A DNA stretch of 46,775 nt, taken from assembly GCF_000485595.1 (NCBI RefSeq), contig NW_014577063.1:163962-210736 (forward strand), read 5' to 3'. Numbering within the stretch: position 1 is the first letter of the stretch; every line of letters starts with the position of its first letter. The stretch comes from Priapulus caudatus (Eukaryota). This document shows, one piece after another, positions 36,924 through 46,775 of this stretch. Below the pieces are notes generated by a model. The model did no database searches. It was given only the letters and a program-made list of their open reading frames with translations, and had not been told where the DNA came from. Made by a program: the position numbers and the translations under genes.

Positions 36924-36990
36924 ACACACTCGAACGCACTCACGAACTGCACACGCACGCACGCCTACATACTCGCACGCACGCATGCAC
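36818..36990. repeat. (CA)n/(GCAC)n low-complexity tract
   Basis: Direct reading. Confidence 0.9.
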
Positions 36991-37308
36991 ATTCAACTAT
37001 GAATAATAATACATTCCTCCATCATCTCGATATCATGAATAGATTACTGGACAAGTAAATGCCTTGCTACAGATTACATAAGCACAGCCAATAACCTCAC
37101 TTTATCCTAGTCCCCATCAAACATAAAGTGCACTTCCATGTATGTATATAAATAATACAACGTTCCTTTTATATACATCAACATAAATGTCCACCTTCGG
37201 AACACGGCCGCAACCGCATTTTCAAACAGTATACAAAGAAAAAATGTCAGCAAACGATGAGTAACTACAACTTACAGGGCAACTAGAAATATGACATCAT
37301 TGTCATTG

Positions 37309-37340
<32 letters not shown>

Positions 37341-38007
37341 ACACACTCAAGCCGTCAAAAGACCACAAAACGGCATTAAACGAAAAAACTCGCGTACGCG
37401 TTGTTCCGCAAGATATTACGTAATAAATAAGGAATACTGGTACATTAGACCTAGCAATTAAAAAACTATCACATACAGTATTATACATGCTCTAGCCAGT
37501 ACGATGTCTTTGCCTGACCAACAGTGACTCATGCGAACAGAGGGGAGAGATGGGCGGACACTTTGTCCTTACAGGGCAGGGAAAGTCCACATATGGACTC
37601 AATATCACCACGACAATAAGTGATACATGTTGGGATTCCGTAGAAGCATGCCGAAAACAATGACAAAGATAATAATCTGAGCCCACATCGCCGATAGAGG
37701 GTGCCACTGTGAGGTATCGTTGAAGAAACTCTATTGAACACCGCATAGGAGTACTCCTCTTGATCCCGAGAGGTCAAAAAGAGGTGAACTATAATCACTG
37801 CCGGTCTACGTATTGCACACATTCCGCACCAAGAGTGCTTGCTAGCCTGTGTTAGCGGCTGGAGAGTCACGCAGCCGGTATTTCTGCTAACTGCACCATG
37901 CAGACGAAAAGACAACAGTGAAGCGTCTGTTATCGTAGCTGTAAGCTGGTTATATTCAGATGGCTCATCATAAACACGGCAGCACCGCGTCATCACGTAG
38001 ACGCCAC

Positions 38008-38042
<35 letters not shown>

Positions 38043-38400
38043 TCTCTTTCTCCTACACCCAGCTTGCTCTGTGCTGCATTTTACGTTACAGAGCCCCAGA
38101 GAGGTTAGTTGCTCGCCCGTTTATATAATTAGTTCGGGGTGGTTCTAAAAACTGGAATGCACCATTAGCGCGCTGCGCCCACACAATGAAGACACGCGGA
38201 AATGCTATCCTCATTTCCTAAGCAACGACGCAGTGGTAGAGCACATGTAGTTACTACCATCATCGCTATTTTGTAGCACGGCAACGGCTGTATAAACTAG
38301 CTCTACATGCACGAGGAGACTGTCATGCCTAGTTGGCGAGATAACGCCCAAGCGGAAAACATATTTCCGAAAATGCGATGATGGGGGACAGAGAATATTT

Positions 38401-38637
38401 TTGCTCAGCCGACAGCGAACGTATTCAGTACGTCGGCACTACGCGTGTTGCGTATTAGTACGCGGCTTGGACGTGTGCTAGCAGCACTCGCCAGGGAGGT
38501 AACGTACGGCTTCACTGGCGCGAGCAAAGCTTCAACCGACCCACCTCTAGTCACGACACTGACACGTGAGATTGACGTGCAGTGTACACGCAACAAGCAG
38601 AGACAACATTGGGCATGTATCTCTGTCGGCTGAGCAA
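38401..38637. mobile_element. MITE (superfamily unassigned)
   Basis: TIRs ttgctcagccgacag / ctgtcggctgagcaa. Confidence 0.7.
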
Positions 38638-39264
38638 CAGATGAAAGTCATTATTAACGCTGGATTTGCCACCCGTGCATTGATGTGTCTGGGATAATAC
38701 TTCTATTTACCTCAACCACAGCCTCAACCCACCCTGAGACAACACCATGTTCAAAGGTGATTGACCCCCTTCTCTACACACCCCATACATACGCACGCAC
38801 GCACGCATGCACGCACATACCCACTCTGACACGAATCTATTGGCAGAAAATCGTGTCCGAATATATGGCTTCATCATACAAGCATTAGCAGCATGCTGAT
38901 ATAAACGTCGTCGTTAACGCGAGCAAGACTGAGCGACGAGACGGTCACACCGTCACCGACCTCCCCTTCCCCGGCTGTCTGCCGCATCTCAGTCAGTCAA
39001 TAAATGAACTATTCAATTAATTAATTACAGTTCTCCCATGGAAAACACAAACATAAGATATAGCAGAAAATATGCAACCACGTTACACAGTTAATTCTGG
39101 ACATATTCACAAAGTGCCACGTCCATTTCGTCGCCGCGTCACATCCGTGAGGCAGCGATGGGGGCAACAGCAGCAGCGGTGGCGGCGGTAGCAGATACGA
39201 TGGCACACACATACGCTGGCTTCACGCGGCTTCATTCGATGAGGAACTCGTTGGCGATTAAGCA

Positions 39265-39310
39265 TCACACGCTATCCGACTCTGTGGCACGACCTAGCTT
39301 CACAACAGAT
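39265..39310 (-). CDS. Candidate last coding exon of the MAP7-like gene
   Basis: Acceptor cccgtttcag|. Phase-2 join to the 44202 donor gives ESVVKLGRATESDSV*. Short and without homology support. Confidence 0.4.
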
Positions 39311-39480
39311 CTGAAACGGGCAACAGTTCACACGTCACGACGACCATACCGCTATTAGCATACTAGTGATGCACGCGATTGCTGTATCACGCGACTGAGG
39401 GTTGTAAAACCATAAAGTTTATGGAAGCAATTTATGTGAAAAAATGATTTTGGTCATAATTTCTAGATACATTCTGATAC

Positions 39481-39963
39481 CGCCCCCGTGCCTTAGCACT
39501 CTCCCCCACCACCATCCCCGTGCCGACCGTTGCCTTAGCACTCTCCCCCCCGCCCCTTATCACTAGGCACTCTCCCTCACAGCACTAGCCCCTGACCTTA
39601 GCACTCTCCCCCACCCCCACCCCGTACACTAGCACACTCCCGGCCCCCCCGTACACAGCAACACTCTCCACCCCCGTACAGCTAGGCACACTCCCGCCGC
39701 CGCACGGCCGCCGTACACTACACACGGTCCCAGCCGCCCCACCGTACACTAGCAACATCCCCCGCCGCCCCCCGGCCCTAGCAGACTCCACTTGCCCCGC
39801 TCATGACGCTGTAAGCAACTCTCCCCCACCCCCGCCCCGCGCCTTAGGCACTCTCCCCCCACCCCTCACCCGTGCCGTTAGCACTCTCCCCGCCCGCGCC
39901 TTAGCACTCTCTTCTCACCCCGTACACCTGCGCATTCTCGCTCACACCCTCGGCCCGCGCCTT
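39481..39963. repeat. C-rich minisatellite block 1 (unit about 25-30 bp)
   Basis: Recurrent ccccgt(acac/gcct)tagcactctcccccac. Confidence 0.9.
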
Positions 39964-40480
39964 AGTCCCGACTGGACGCTGCCAACCCCATGCTGATGAT
40001 CAATCGAGTAATAATTTATTGGATTTTTCCGTACAAATGGCCATTTGTGCACGTACACCTTTTTGTCGGTCCTCTCACGGTGATTGGCTGAAAAAGTAGG
40101 CCTTCAAGTGGCGGTGATCTACTATTCCTGGATCCGTGACGTCATTCAAAATGAGCTCGCCGCCATAAACCAGACAGGAACGAGGCGCATAACACAGGCA
40201 AATTTTACGACATTTTTAGGTGACGTACCGCGCTACGTTTTAAGAGCTATAGTCAATTACCAGACACAGTAGTCATGTGTACATTGATAATAGTTGATTT
40301 TAGCACTGTGTTTATTTCTTTTTTTTGCATTAAAAAATATAAATTTCAGAGATTTCTTGCTGGTCGCGTAATTTGTTCCGCCGGTCCGTCCGTAACACCG
40401 TAAATTCTGACTGCGGCGGTTCGTAACAAATTACGGGCCAATAACTGTAACAGTTGGCAGTTCTGCTTAGCATAACTCGA

Positions 40481-41062
40481 TCCCACCCCCGTACATCTAC
40501 GCACTCTCCCGCCACCCCCGCCCCGTGCCTTAGCACTCTCCTCCACCCCCGTACACTAGTAGCCTCTCTCTCCCACCGCACCCGGTAAGGCGTACACTCG
40601 TCTCCACGCCCCGTACACTAGCATCTCCCCCACCCCGTACACTAGCACTCCTCCTCCCCCCCCGTACACGCTACACTCTCTCCACCCAACCGTACACTAG
40701 CAGCTCCATCTCCACCCCCCGCGCTGCCGGACACTACACCCTCCGCCCCTACTGCGCCCGCTCTCGCCGCCGACGTAGCAACTGCTCTCTCGCCGACGCC
40801 TCCGTAACTAGCAACTCTCTCCCACCCGAGCCCCGTATCACTAGCACTCACTCCCACCCGCCAAAACACCGGTGCATCTCCCACCGCCTATGCACTCTCT
40901 CCCAACCGCCCGTAACACTAGCACTCTCCCCCACCCCCGTTGACACTAGGCAGACTCTCTCCCCACCCCCGTACATCTAGCACTACTCCCCCCACCCCCG
41001 TACACTAGCACTCTCTCCCACCCCCCGTAGCACTACGGCACTCTCTCCCACCGACCAGCACC
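40481..41062. repeat. C-rich minisatellite block 2, same unit
   Basis: Recurrent ccccgtacactagcactctcccccac. Confidence 0.9.
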
Positions 41063-41792
41063 TCAGCAGCACCACCCCGCGCTGGGACTGAAGCGAGTGC
41101 GCAGCCGCGCGTGCTCACCCTACGACGTCCTGCACGCTCGGCGCATGACGCTGCTCGCCTCGAACGCGGATCATCGTGGCGGGAAACGCCGTCTGCCCGT
41201 TGCTGTGGCGCCCTTCGCGGGCCGTAGTCCGCACGACGACAGTGAGCATGCAGCTGCTCGACAGCCACGGTCGCTGTCGCGGGGCGCTCTTCAACGCCGA
41301 GTCGCCGACACGCATCGCCGAATGGGTTTCGCGTGCGTGGGGCTGCCACCGTCCAGTGAACGGTTCTGAGTGGCGCCGGACGTCACCACGCCACCGAGGT
41401 CGTCGGCATAACGGGTTTTCGCGTGCGTGAGGGGCGCCACTGTCGGCGAACGGTTGTACTGGTGTGCTGGGCGATCCGAGGTCGCTCAAACGGGTTAATA
41501 GAGGGCGCTGGGGCGCGAGGCGGTACGCGGAGAAGACGTCGAATTTCCGTCGATCGCCGGCAGCAAGGAGCGCATCGGTGACGTCCTTCTCTTATGGTTG
41601 CATAGTGCGAGACAAAGACGCAGCGTCGTCACGGTACAACACGCAATCAATATCTACGCTCGATTAAGAATTTGGGTTAGCAAAAGCCTTGCTCGAGTAG
41701 AGGCATAATTGTAGTATAATAATAGTATTAGTTATGCCTAGAGCGTGATAGTTAACCTGGCGGTATTTCTAACATGGGTAATGAGTATTGAA

Positions 41793-43918
41793 AACAGTAG
41801 TGCCGCATTAGCGACAGTGCTCAACTGAGGTCTGCTGCTATACCTGTACTGGCCTTCGTTTTCTGGCAAAAGGTTGAAAGGCCTCTTCTATCGCTAACCG
41901 CTACGTCATCATCAAAACTATGTAGCATAGGTATTAACACTAAAACTAAACCCTAACAATGCATCTAACTTCATACCTGCTCGACTGTCTTATATATTTG
42001 TGTCATAATGTATCCACTAGGCTTTATAGTTGCTGCGAGATGGCGGCGTGCAAGTGTAATCAATAATCAAGATGGGCCTTAATTCCATTGAGTTGCTGAA
42101 ATTACAGGCTAAAATCCAAGTATATTCAGGCAGGCGACAATTTCGCTCAGCTGTGAGTAATAAATTAAACACGTCTGCATTGGCAGGTGTGCATGTTTTA
42201 TTAGAAAAGTGCGCAGTTCACCCCCATGCATGAGTAATGGGTTGCCCGCCCGGGTTTGTGCCTACATTTCGGATGACGGTAGCCACGCGAGCATTCAGGG
42301 TGCTTTAGAATATAATATTGATTTAAGGAGTGTAAACCTGGTTCAACAACACTTTTGTCTTTGGCAATTGAACTGCAAATGTAGCCTCACATCCACACAG
42401 TATGGGCCTCTAATAATAAGAAAAGCAGTTCGAGTCCTTTGTTAACAGTGCAACAATCATGTTTAACCCTCCTCGTTGAGGGTCAAAAGATTATCAGACA
42501 CGTTACTCTTCGCACGTCAGTGGAAAGCACATTTCATGGTCCTTTCATTAAAGTGATAAAAATGGTAGGTCAGTGCTGAAACAAAAAGTTTTTCACTTTC
42601 TCGCGTTAGCCATGTCCTCAGAAAATTTGATATCTGACGCTTTCCCCCCTGCCCTTTGACCTATGACCTCCAATTTCGCACTGGTGGATGGTTTTCCTGC
42701 CATCACACTATAACAGCCGATTATATTAGAGCATAGGTCGACGCCGTTCAGATTTGTGCCGCAATTCGTATTTCCTCTATCTTTAAGTTAAAGGCATAAT
42801 AGGCCCATTATTATGCATGTTGACGAATGCTACAAGTAACTGGCACCTGTGTGTAGTTAATAAGTACATTACGTTATAGCCAAACGCGTATTAGTTTGTC
42901 CAATATCACTGCTGGTTACTAAGAAATGTCTAATTGAAATCCGCAGTCCAAGAATCAGTTGACTGACTTGTTTACGAGTTTCGAAACTGCATACGGCGAA
43001 ACGGTGTGATACAGATTTAATAGTGCACCGGACATTTTCGCACAGCATGCTCGGCCCGTACGCGATGCTAGCGATAGTACAGTACCGTAACTGTATACGT
43101 AACAGTACTCTGATTGTAATGAAAGTGGAATCCACGTAGGAATCACGGACGCTCATGATAATGAAGTAGGCTGTGTTGGGGCCAACACTATGGGGGGATC
43201 CCAGACTAACCACTGCCACAGACTAAAACATGGAAAGCAGACGCCACTAGGCGTATTTACCTATATTGGTCAAAACGAATACACCTGTGTCCAGAAAATT
43301 GAAAGACATGTGGGTACTTTCATTAGCACCCCTGGTTATTATCTTGTGCCCAATACCGAGAATACACCAGAGATACATTCTACTAGCTCATTAGTCGTTA
43401 TAAGCATCCGGGACAAACAATTCTCTGCTCAACCCCACCTGTAGGCACATGTAACGTCACCTAACGCGAATCGAGGCATTTTGATTGCAACCAATTTAGC
43501 GTTGGCGCCAGATTACCAGATTTACGATTTCAATTAGACATTTCTTAGTAATTAGCAGTGATATTAGACAAACTAATACGCGTTTGGCTATAAGGTAATG
43601 TACTATTAACTACACAAGGTGCCAGTTACTGTAGCATTCGTCAACTTTGCATAATCAATGGGCCTATTATGCCTTTAAGGGGGAAATATTCCCCCCTCGT
43701 TGACATATCTTGACCTTTGACCTTTGACCCCCAAATTGGTCACCCCGAGTCCTTTTCACGATCCCCCTCCCCCCACGTCCCGAATATCGTCACCGTACGT
43801 CAGGCGGTTAAGATTTGTGCCCAACTGTTGACGCACGCATGAACGGACGGACGGCCGGACGGTTGCACGACCATGCGATTCTACAAGCTGCAACTGACTA
43901 CGTCAGATGAGATAAAAA
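41793..43918 (-). mobile_element. HINE-like element, copy 2, interrupted by a Kolobok-like MITE
   Basis: Reverse-complement similarity to copy 1 at both ends (gtcagatgagataaaaa at 43902-43918; aacagtagtgccgc..gcgac..gctcaactga at 41793-41828) and internally (42455-42790 and 43680-43900). Confidence 0.8.
42792..43674. mobile_element. Non-autonomous Kolobok-like DNA transposon
   Basis: About 150-bp TIRs starting AGGCATAATAGGCCC, with TTAA on both sides (42788-42791 and 43675-43678). TTAA target plus RR termini is the Kolobok signature. Confidence 0.85.
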
Positions 43919-44201
43919 GGGATTGGAGATATACTCTATTGCTAAAGAAAGCATTGGTTTGCATGTGCAGGTTAAAGTTCGTGGGTCGCACATGTAAACG
44001 GTAAAATAAACAGCAACTTTGAAAGTTTATCGTGGGTTTATATAACCTGGATTTCAATAAGGTTTCACTTAAGTTGTTATTATGTAATGAATTCAATAGC
44101 TTAATGCCTGTTTATTCAATAGTGAACTAAGATGACATTATTCAGAGCTCCTACGGCAGGTACTGGGTAACAGTACCCGCAGCTACAGGAAAACCACCTA
44201 C

Positions 44202-44295
44202 TCGTGTTTTTCACTGATGTCTTCGGAGCCGTTCTCGTAGTCTTGCCCGTTCTCCTCCGGAATTCCACCTCTAATGCCAGAATCCATCATGCTCT
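44202..44295 (-). CDS. MAP7: MAP7-like exon
   Basis: Acceptor ttttcacag|. Phase-1 join gives QSMMDSGIRGGIPEENGQDYENGSEDISEKH. Ends in GA|GTAGGT (phase-2 donor); unspliced read-through gives E then TAG at 44198-44200. Confidence 0.8.
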
Positions 44296-44481
44296 CTGTG
44301 AAAACACATCACCTTGCATAAAAATCACCACTGTTTTGTAATGGAGCTAAAAGGAATCGACTGATAGGAATTCAGAATGCTCGACTTATGTACAATACAG
44401 TCATCTTTGACACGCCAACACAGGATATATACATGGTATACACCACAGTACGCAACCCCTGTCAGAATCGTCGTCACTCAC

Positions 44482-44752
44482 GCGTCATGTCGAAGGTGCC
44501 CGACTCCTGGTACATGGACATCATCATGATATCCTGCGACTTGGTCCACACGCCCGAGTCAGCGACGCCCTCTACAGGCGACGCGCTGTCCGTCGTCCTC
44601 TCCTCCGTCGCGGAGTCTTCGCTCTCCGGTGTTGGCGTCGGCGACAGCAGGGCTGGGCTTCTCGCCGCATCCGACGCGGTGTCCTGCTCGACATTGGTGG
44701 CGCCCCCTAGACTCTCTGCTGGCTCCGGTGTTAGCGCCGGTTCCATCACGTC
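44482..44752 (-). CDS. MAP7: MAP7-like exon (S/T/P/E-rich)
   Basis: Acceptor ttcccacag|. DVMEPALTPEPAESLGG...SQDIMMMSMYQESGTFDMT. Donor C|GTGAGT, phase 1. Confidence 0.85.
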
Positions 44753-45181
44753 CTGTGGGAAACGTGATCCGATGACTGCGATGTCTTAACTATCAGCTAA
44801 TCTGTACCCTTACGCAAATTGATAAATTCTCCCAAATGAAATATTCCCAATAGGTCTTCATTTTGTCTAGGTCAGGGCCATTTTCAGAAGACAGTACTTT
44901 TAGACTAATGATGTTAAAAGACTATTTAGATTTTAGCAAGCATAATAACTGATCTTTAAACTGTTTCCCTGCGGGGCGCAGTTTCTAAAATTTTGGTAAG
45001 AACCTCAGGCAACTCGGGGAAATCCACAAAGGTTTGACAAAGGTCAAAGTGAAAAGGTGAGCAGTAGGCCATGACACAATTATATAATTATATATATTAT
45101 ATTATTATAGGCTAGGATAATTAAGTTGGAAGGTTGGCACGTAAAGAAGCACAGGTGATGCAGCAGTTCAAGTATCGTTAC

Positions 45182-45334
45182 CTCCGGCTGTGTTGCAACA
45201 ACGGCCGGTATTTCGATTGCTGCCTCTGGCTCAGTGTTCACAGGCTGTAGCGTAAGCTGTACGTTCACATTCTCTGCTTCCTTGTTTTCCTCCTCTGCTT
45301 TCTCGGACTCTGCCTCCTCCTCCTGTTCATCTTT
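45182..45334 (-). CDS. MAP7: MAP7-like exon (acidic, disordered)
   Basis: Acceptor tttcgtag|. KDEQEEEAESEKAEEENKEAENVNVQLTLQPVNTEPEAAIEIPAVVATQPE (51 codons). Donor GTAACG, phase 0 at both ends. Confidence 0.85.
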
Positions 45335-45670
45335 CTACGAAAGCACACAGATTCTCTCAGCACCTCGCACATCATTTGGCATATCCGCCATGGTGACATG
45401 ACTTCTTCTCTGACAACCATTCTTCTTTGGATATTAATGCCACGTTGCTCAAGCTCACCCAGGTTTTACACGTAGTTACACAGTCATTCACACAGTTATT
45501 GACAAGCACTGCCTGTCAATCATACCAGGCAGATAGGTCAGTTGCCTTGCATCCCTTTCACATCCATACCCTTAGGTTTCAACCAATAGCCCATAAAACC
45601 TCTGCGAGATCCAATTTACAAGATAATTACTGTAACACGACCTGGGAAGGCAGATTGAAAAAATGCTCAC

Positions 45671-45727
45671 CTTCACGGGAGTGGTTGATGGAGTTTTCCT
45701 GGTCCTACTCATGATGGCTTCCAGACG
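45671..45727 (-). CDS. MAP7: MAP7-like exon carrying the family signature
   Basis: RLEAIMSRTRKTPSTTPVK. Joined to the previous exon it gives RKKRLEAIMSRTRK, the conserved end of the MAP7 domain (RKKRLEEIMKRTR in vertebrates). AG and GTGAG boundaries. Confidence 0.92.
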
Positions 45728-45937
45728 CTACAACACATAATCAATATGTCAGACATCCACCGCTGCCACACGACACAAGCACATGGATCTGCAGCTGTAG
45801 CTATGTACAACTGTGAGCAGTTCCCTCTTACTCTAACGTGTTTGTTGTCAAGATTATGCCTCGAACAGTCTGCTTAAATTTTCATTAGCTTCATTACATT
45901 TAGACTCATGTGAACCTCATCACACGTAGTGACACAC

Positions 45938-46021
45938 ACTCTCACTCACTCACTCACTCACTCACTCACTCACTCACTCACTCACTCACTCACTCACTCA
46001 CTCACTCACTCACTCTCACTC
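45938..46021. repeat. (CACT)n microsatellite in a MAP7-like intron
   Basis: Direct reading. Confidence 0.97.
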
Positions 46022-46126
46022 ACATATGTGCACACACACAATCACCCACTCACACACACACAACTGGGACATTCCAATTTCAGTATTGTTAGCCGAGTAG
46101 CAGCAGGAATCCCCTACAAAGCCCAC

Positions 46127-46231
46127 CTTCTTCCTCTGCTGCCTCTCGTCCTCCTCACGACGTGCCCGCTCCTCCATCTCCTGCTGCATCTTCTCCCTTT
46201 CCTCCTGTGCCTTCTGCTCAGCCTCCAGCTT
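46127..46231 (-). CDS. MAP7: MAP7-like exon (MAP7 domain)
   Basis: Acceptor ttcatgtag|. KLEAEQKAQEEKEKMQQEMEERARREEDERQQRKK (35 codons). Donor GTGGGC. Confidence 0.9.
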
Positions 46232-46475
46232 CTACATGAAACGCATTTTGTTTTTTACTCATTGTATTTTTTTTGCAAGTAGAACTCTTAAATCTCTCCT
46301 GATCACAGGTTTCTTCTCCTGCATTTTTTTTTACGATCGGCTTTCTCCCAACCACTTTCATCGGCTTAGTACTATTACGGCTCTTAAATGCGAAACAGAC
46401 AATTATTTTAATAAATAATCAGTTTTAATAAATAGTAAATAATCTTCTTACTCCCCGCTCCATGCCATAACCTAC

Positions 46476-46656
46476 CAGTCGAGCCTCCTCCTCTTCACGC
46501 AGTCTCTCCTCCTCCTTGCGATTCTCCTCTGCCTCGATAGCCCTCCTCAGCCTCTCCTCCTCGGCCTTGCGACCTTCCTCGGCCAGCCGATGCTGCTCCT
46601 CCTCCCAGAGCATCCTCTCCTCCTCCTCGCGCTTCAACCGTTCTGCCTCAAGGCGC
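46476..46656 (-). CDS. MAP7: MAP7/ensconsin-like protein, internal exon (E/R/K-rich helix); gene continues beyond the window end
   Basis: Acceptor gcacag|. RLEAERLKREEEERMLWEEEQHRLAEEGRKAEEERLRRAIEAEENRKEEERLREEEEARL. Donor GTAGGT. Confidence 0.88.
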
Positions 46657-46775
46657 CTGTGCAGCAAGGAAGAGGTAATTACCATGGCAACAGATAAGGA
46701 TGCTTACAATACATGTAAAAATAATTGCGTGCATGTATAAATAAATATATATATAAATAAATAAATATATATATA

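Noticed and set aside
37529..37996. 155-aa minus-strand ORF
   Set aside because: No recognisable domain or splice link to the MAP7-like exons; likely a chance ORF in UTR or intergenic DNA.
39481..41062. Possible CRISPR-like or coding repeat array
   Set aside because: Contiguous degenerate tandem units without unique spacers; ORFs are low-complexity artefacts.

Overview
Eukaryotic animal genomic DNA, probably a lophotrochozoan invertebrate such as an annelid or mollusc (inferred from gene structure and repeat types). Two convergent intron-containing genes are reconstructable by hand. (1) On the + strand is a complete quaking/held-out-wings (QKI/How) STAR-family RNA-binding protein gene. Seven coding exons from 968 to 23865 splice in frame to 373 aa with QUA1, KH and QUA2 domains and a nuclear-isoform tail (RRHLAGMRDHPYPR); alternative short C-termini are likely. 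(2) On the - strand is the 3' part of a MAP7/ensconsin-like gene (six clear exons at 44202-46656, a possible last exon near 39300), truncated by the window end. Introns and the intergenic space are crowded with non-autonomous DNA-transposon derivatives (two Helentron-associated HINE-like copies, Kolobok-, Harbinger-, MULE- and hAT-like MITEs, tiny P-element-like palindromes), minisatellites and microsatellites. Most ORFs in the supplied track are spurious. I found no clearly novel protein system. The best leads are candidate QKI autoregulation through ACUAAC branchpoints at its own alternative last exons, a family of 28-62 bp palindromes with 7-8 bp target-site duplications that resemble P-element excision footprints, and a minisatellite built from the exon 3 splice donor.
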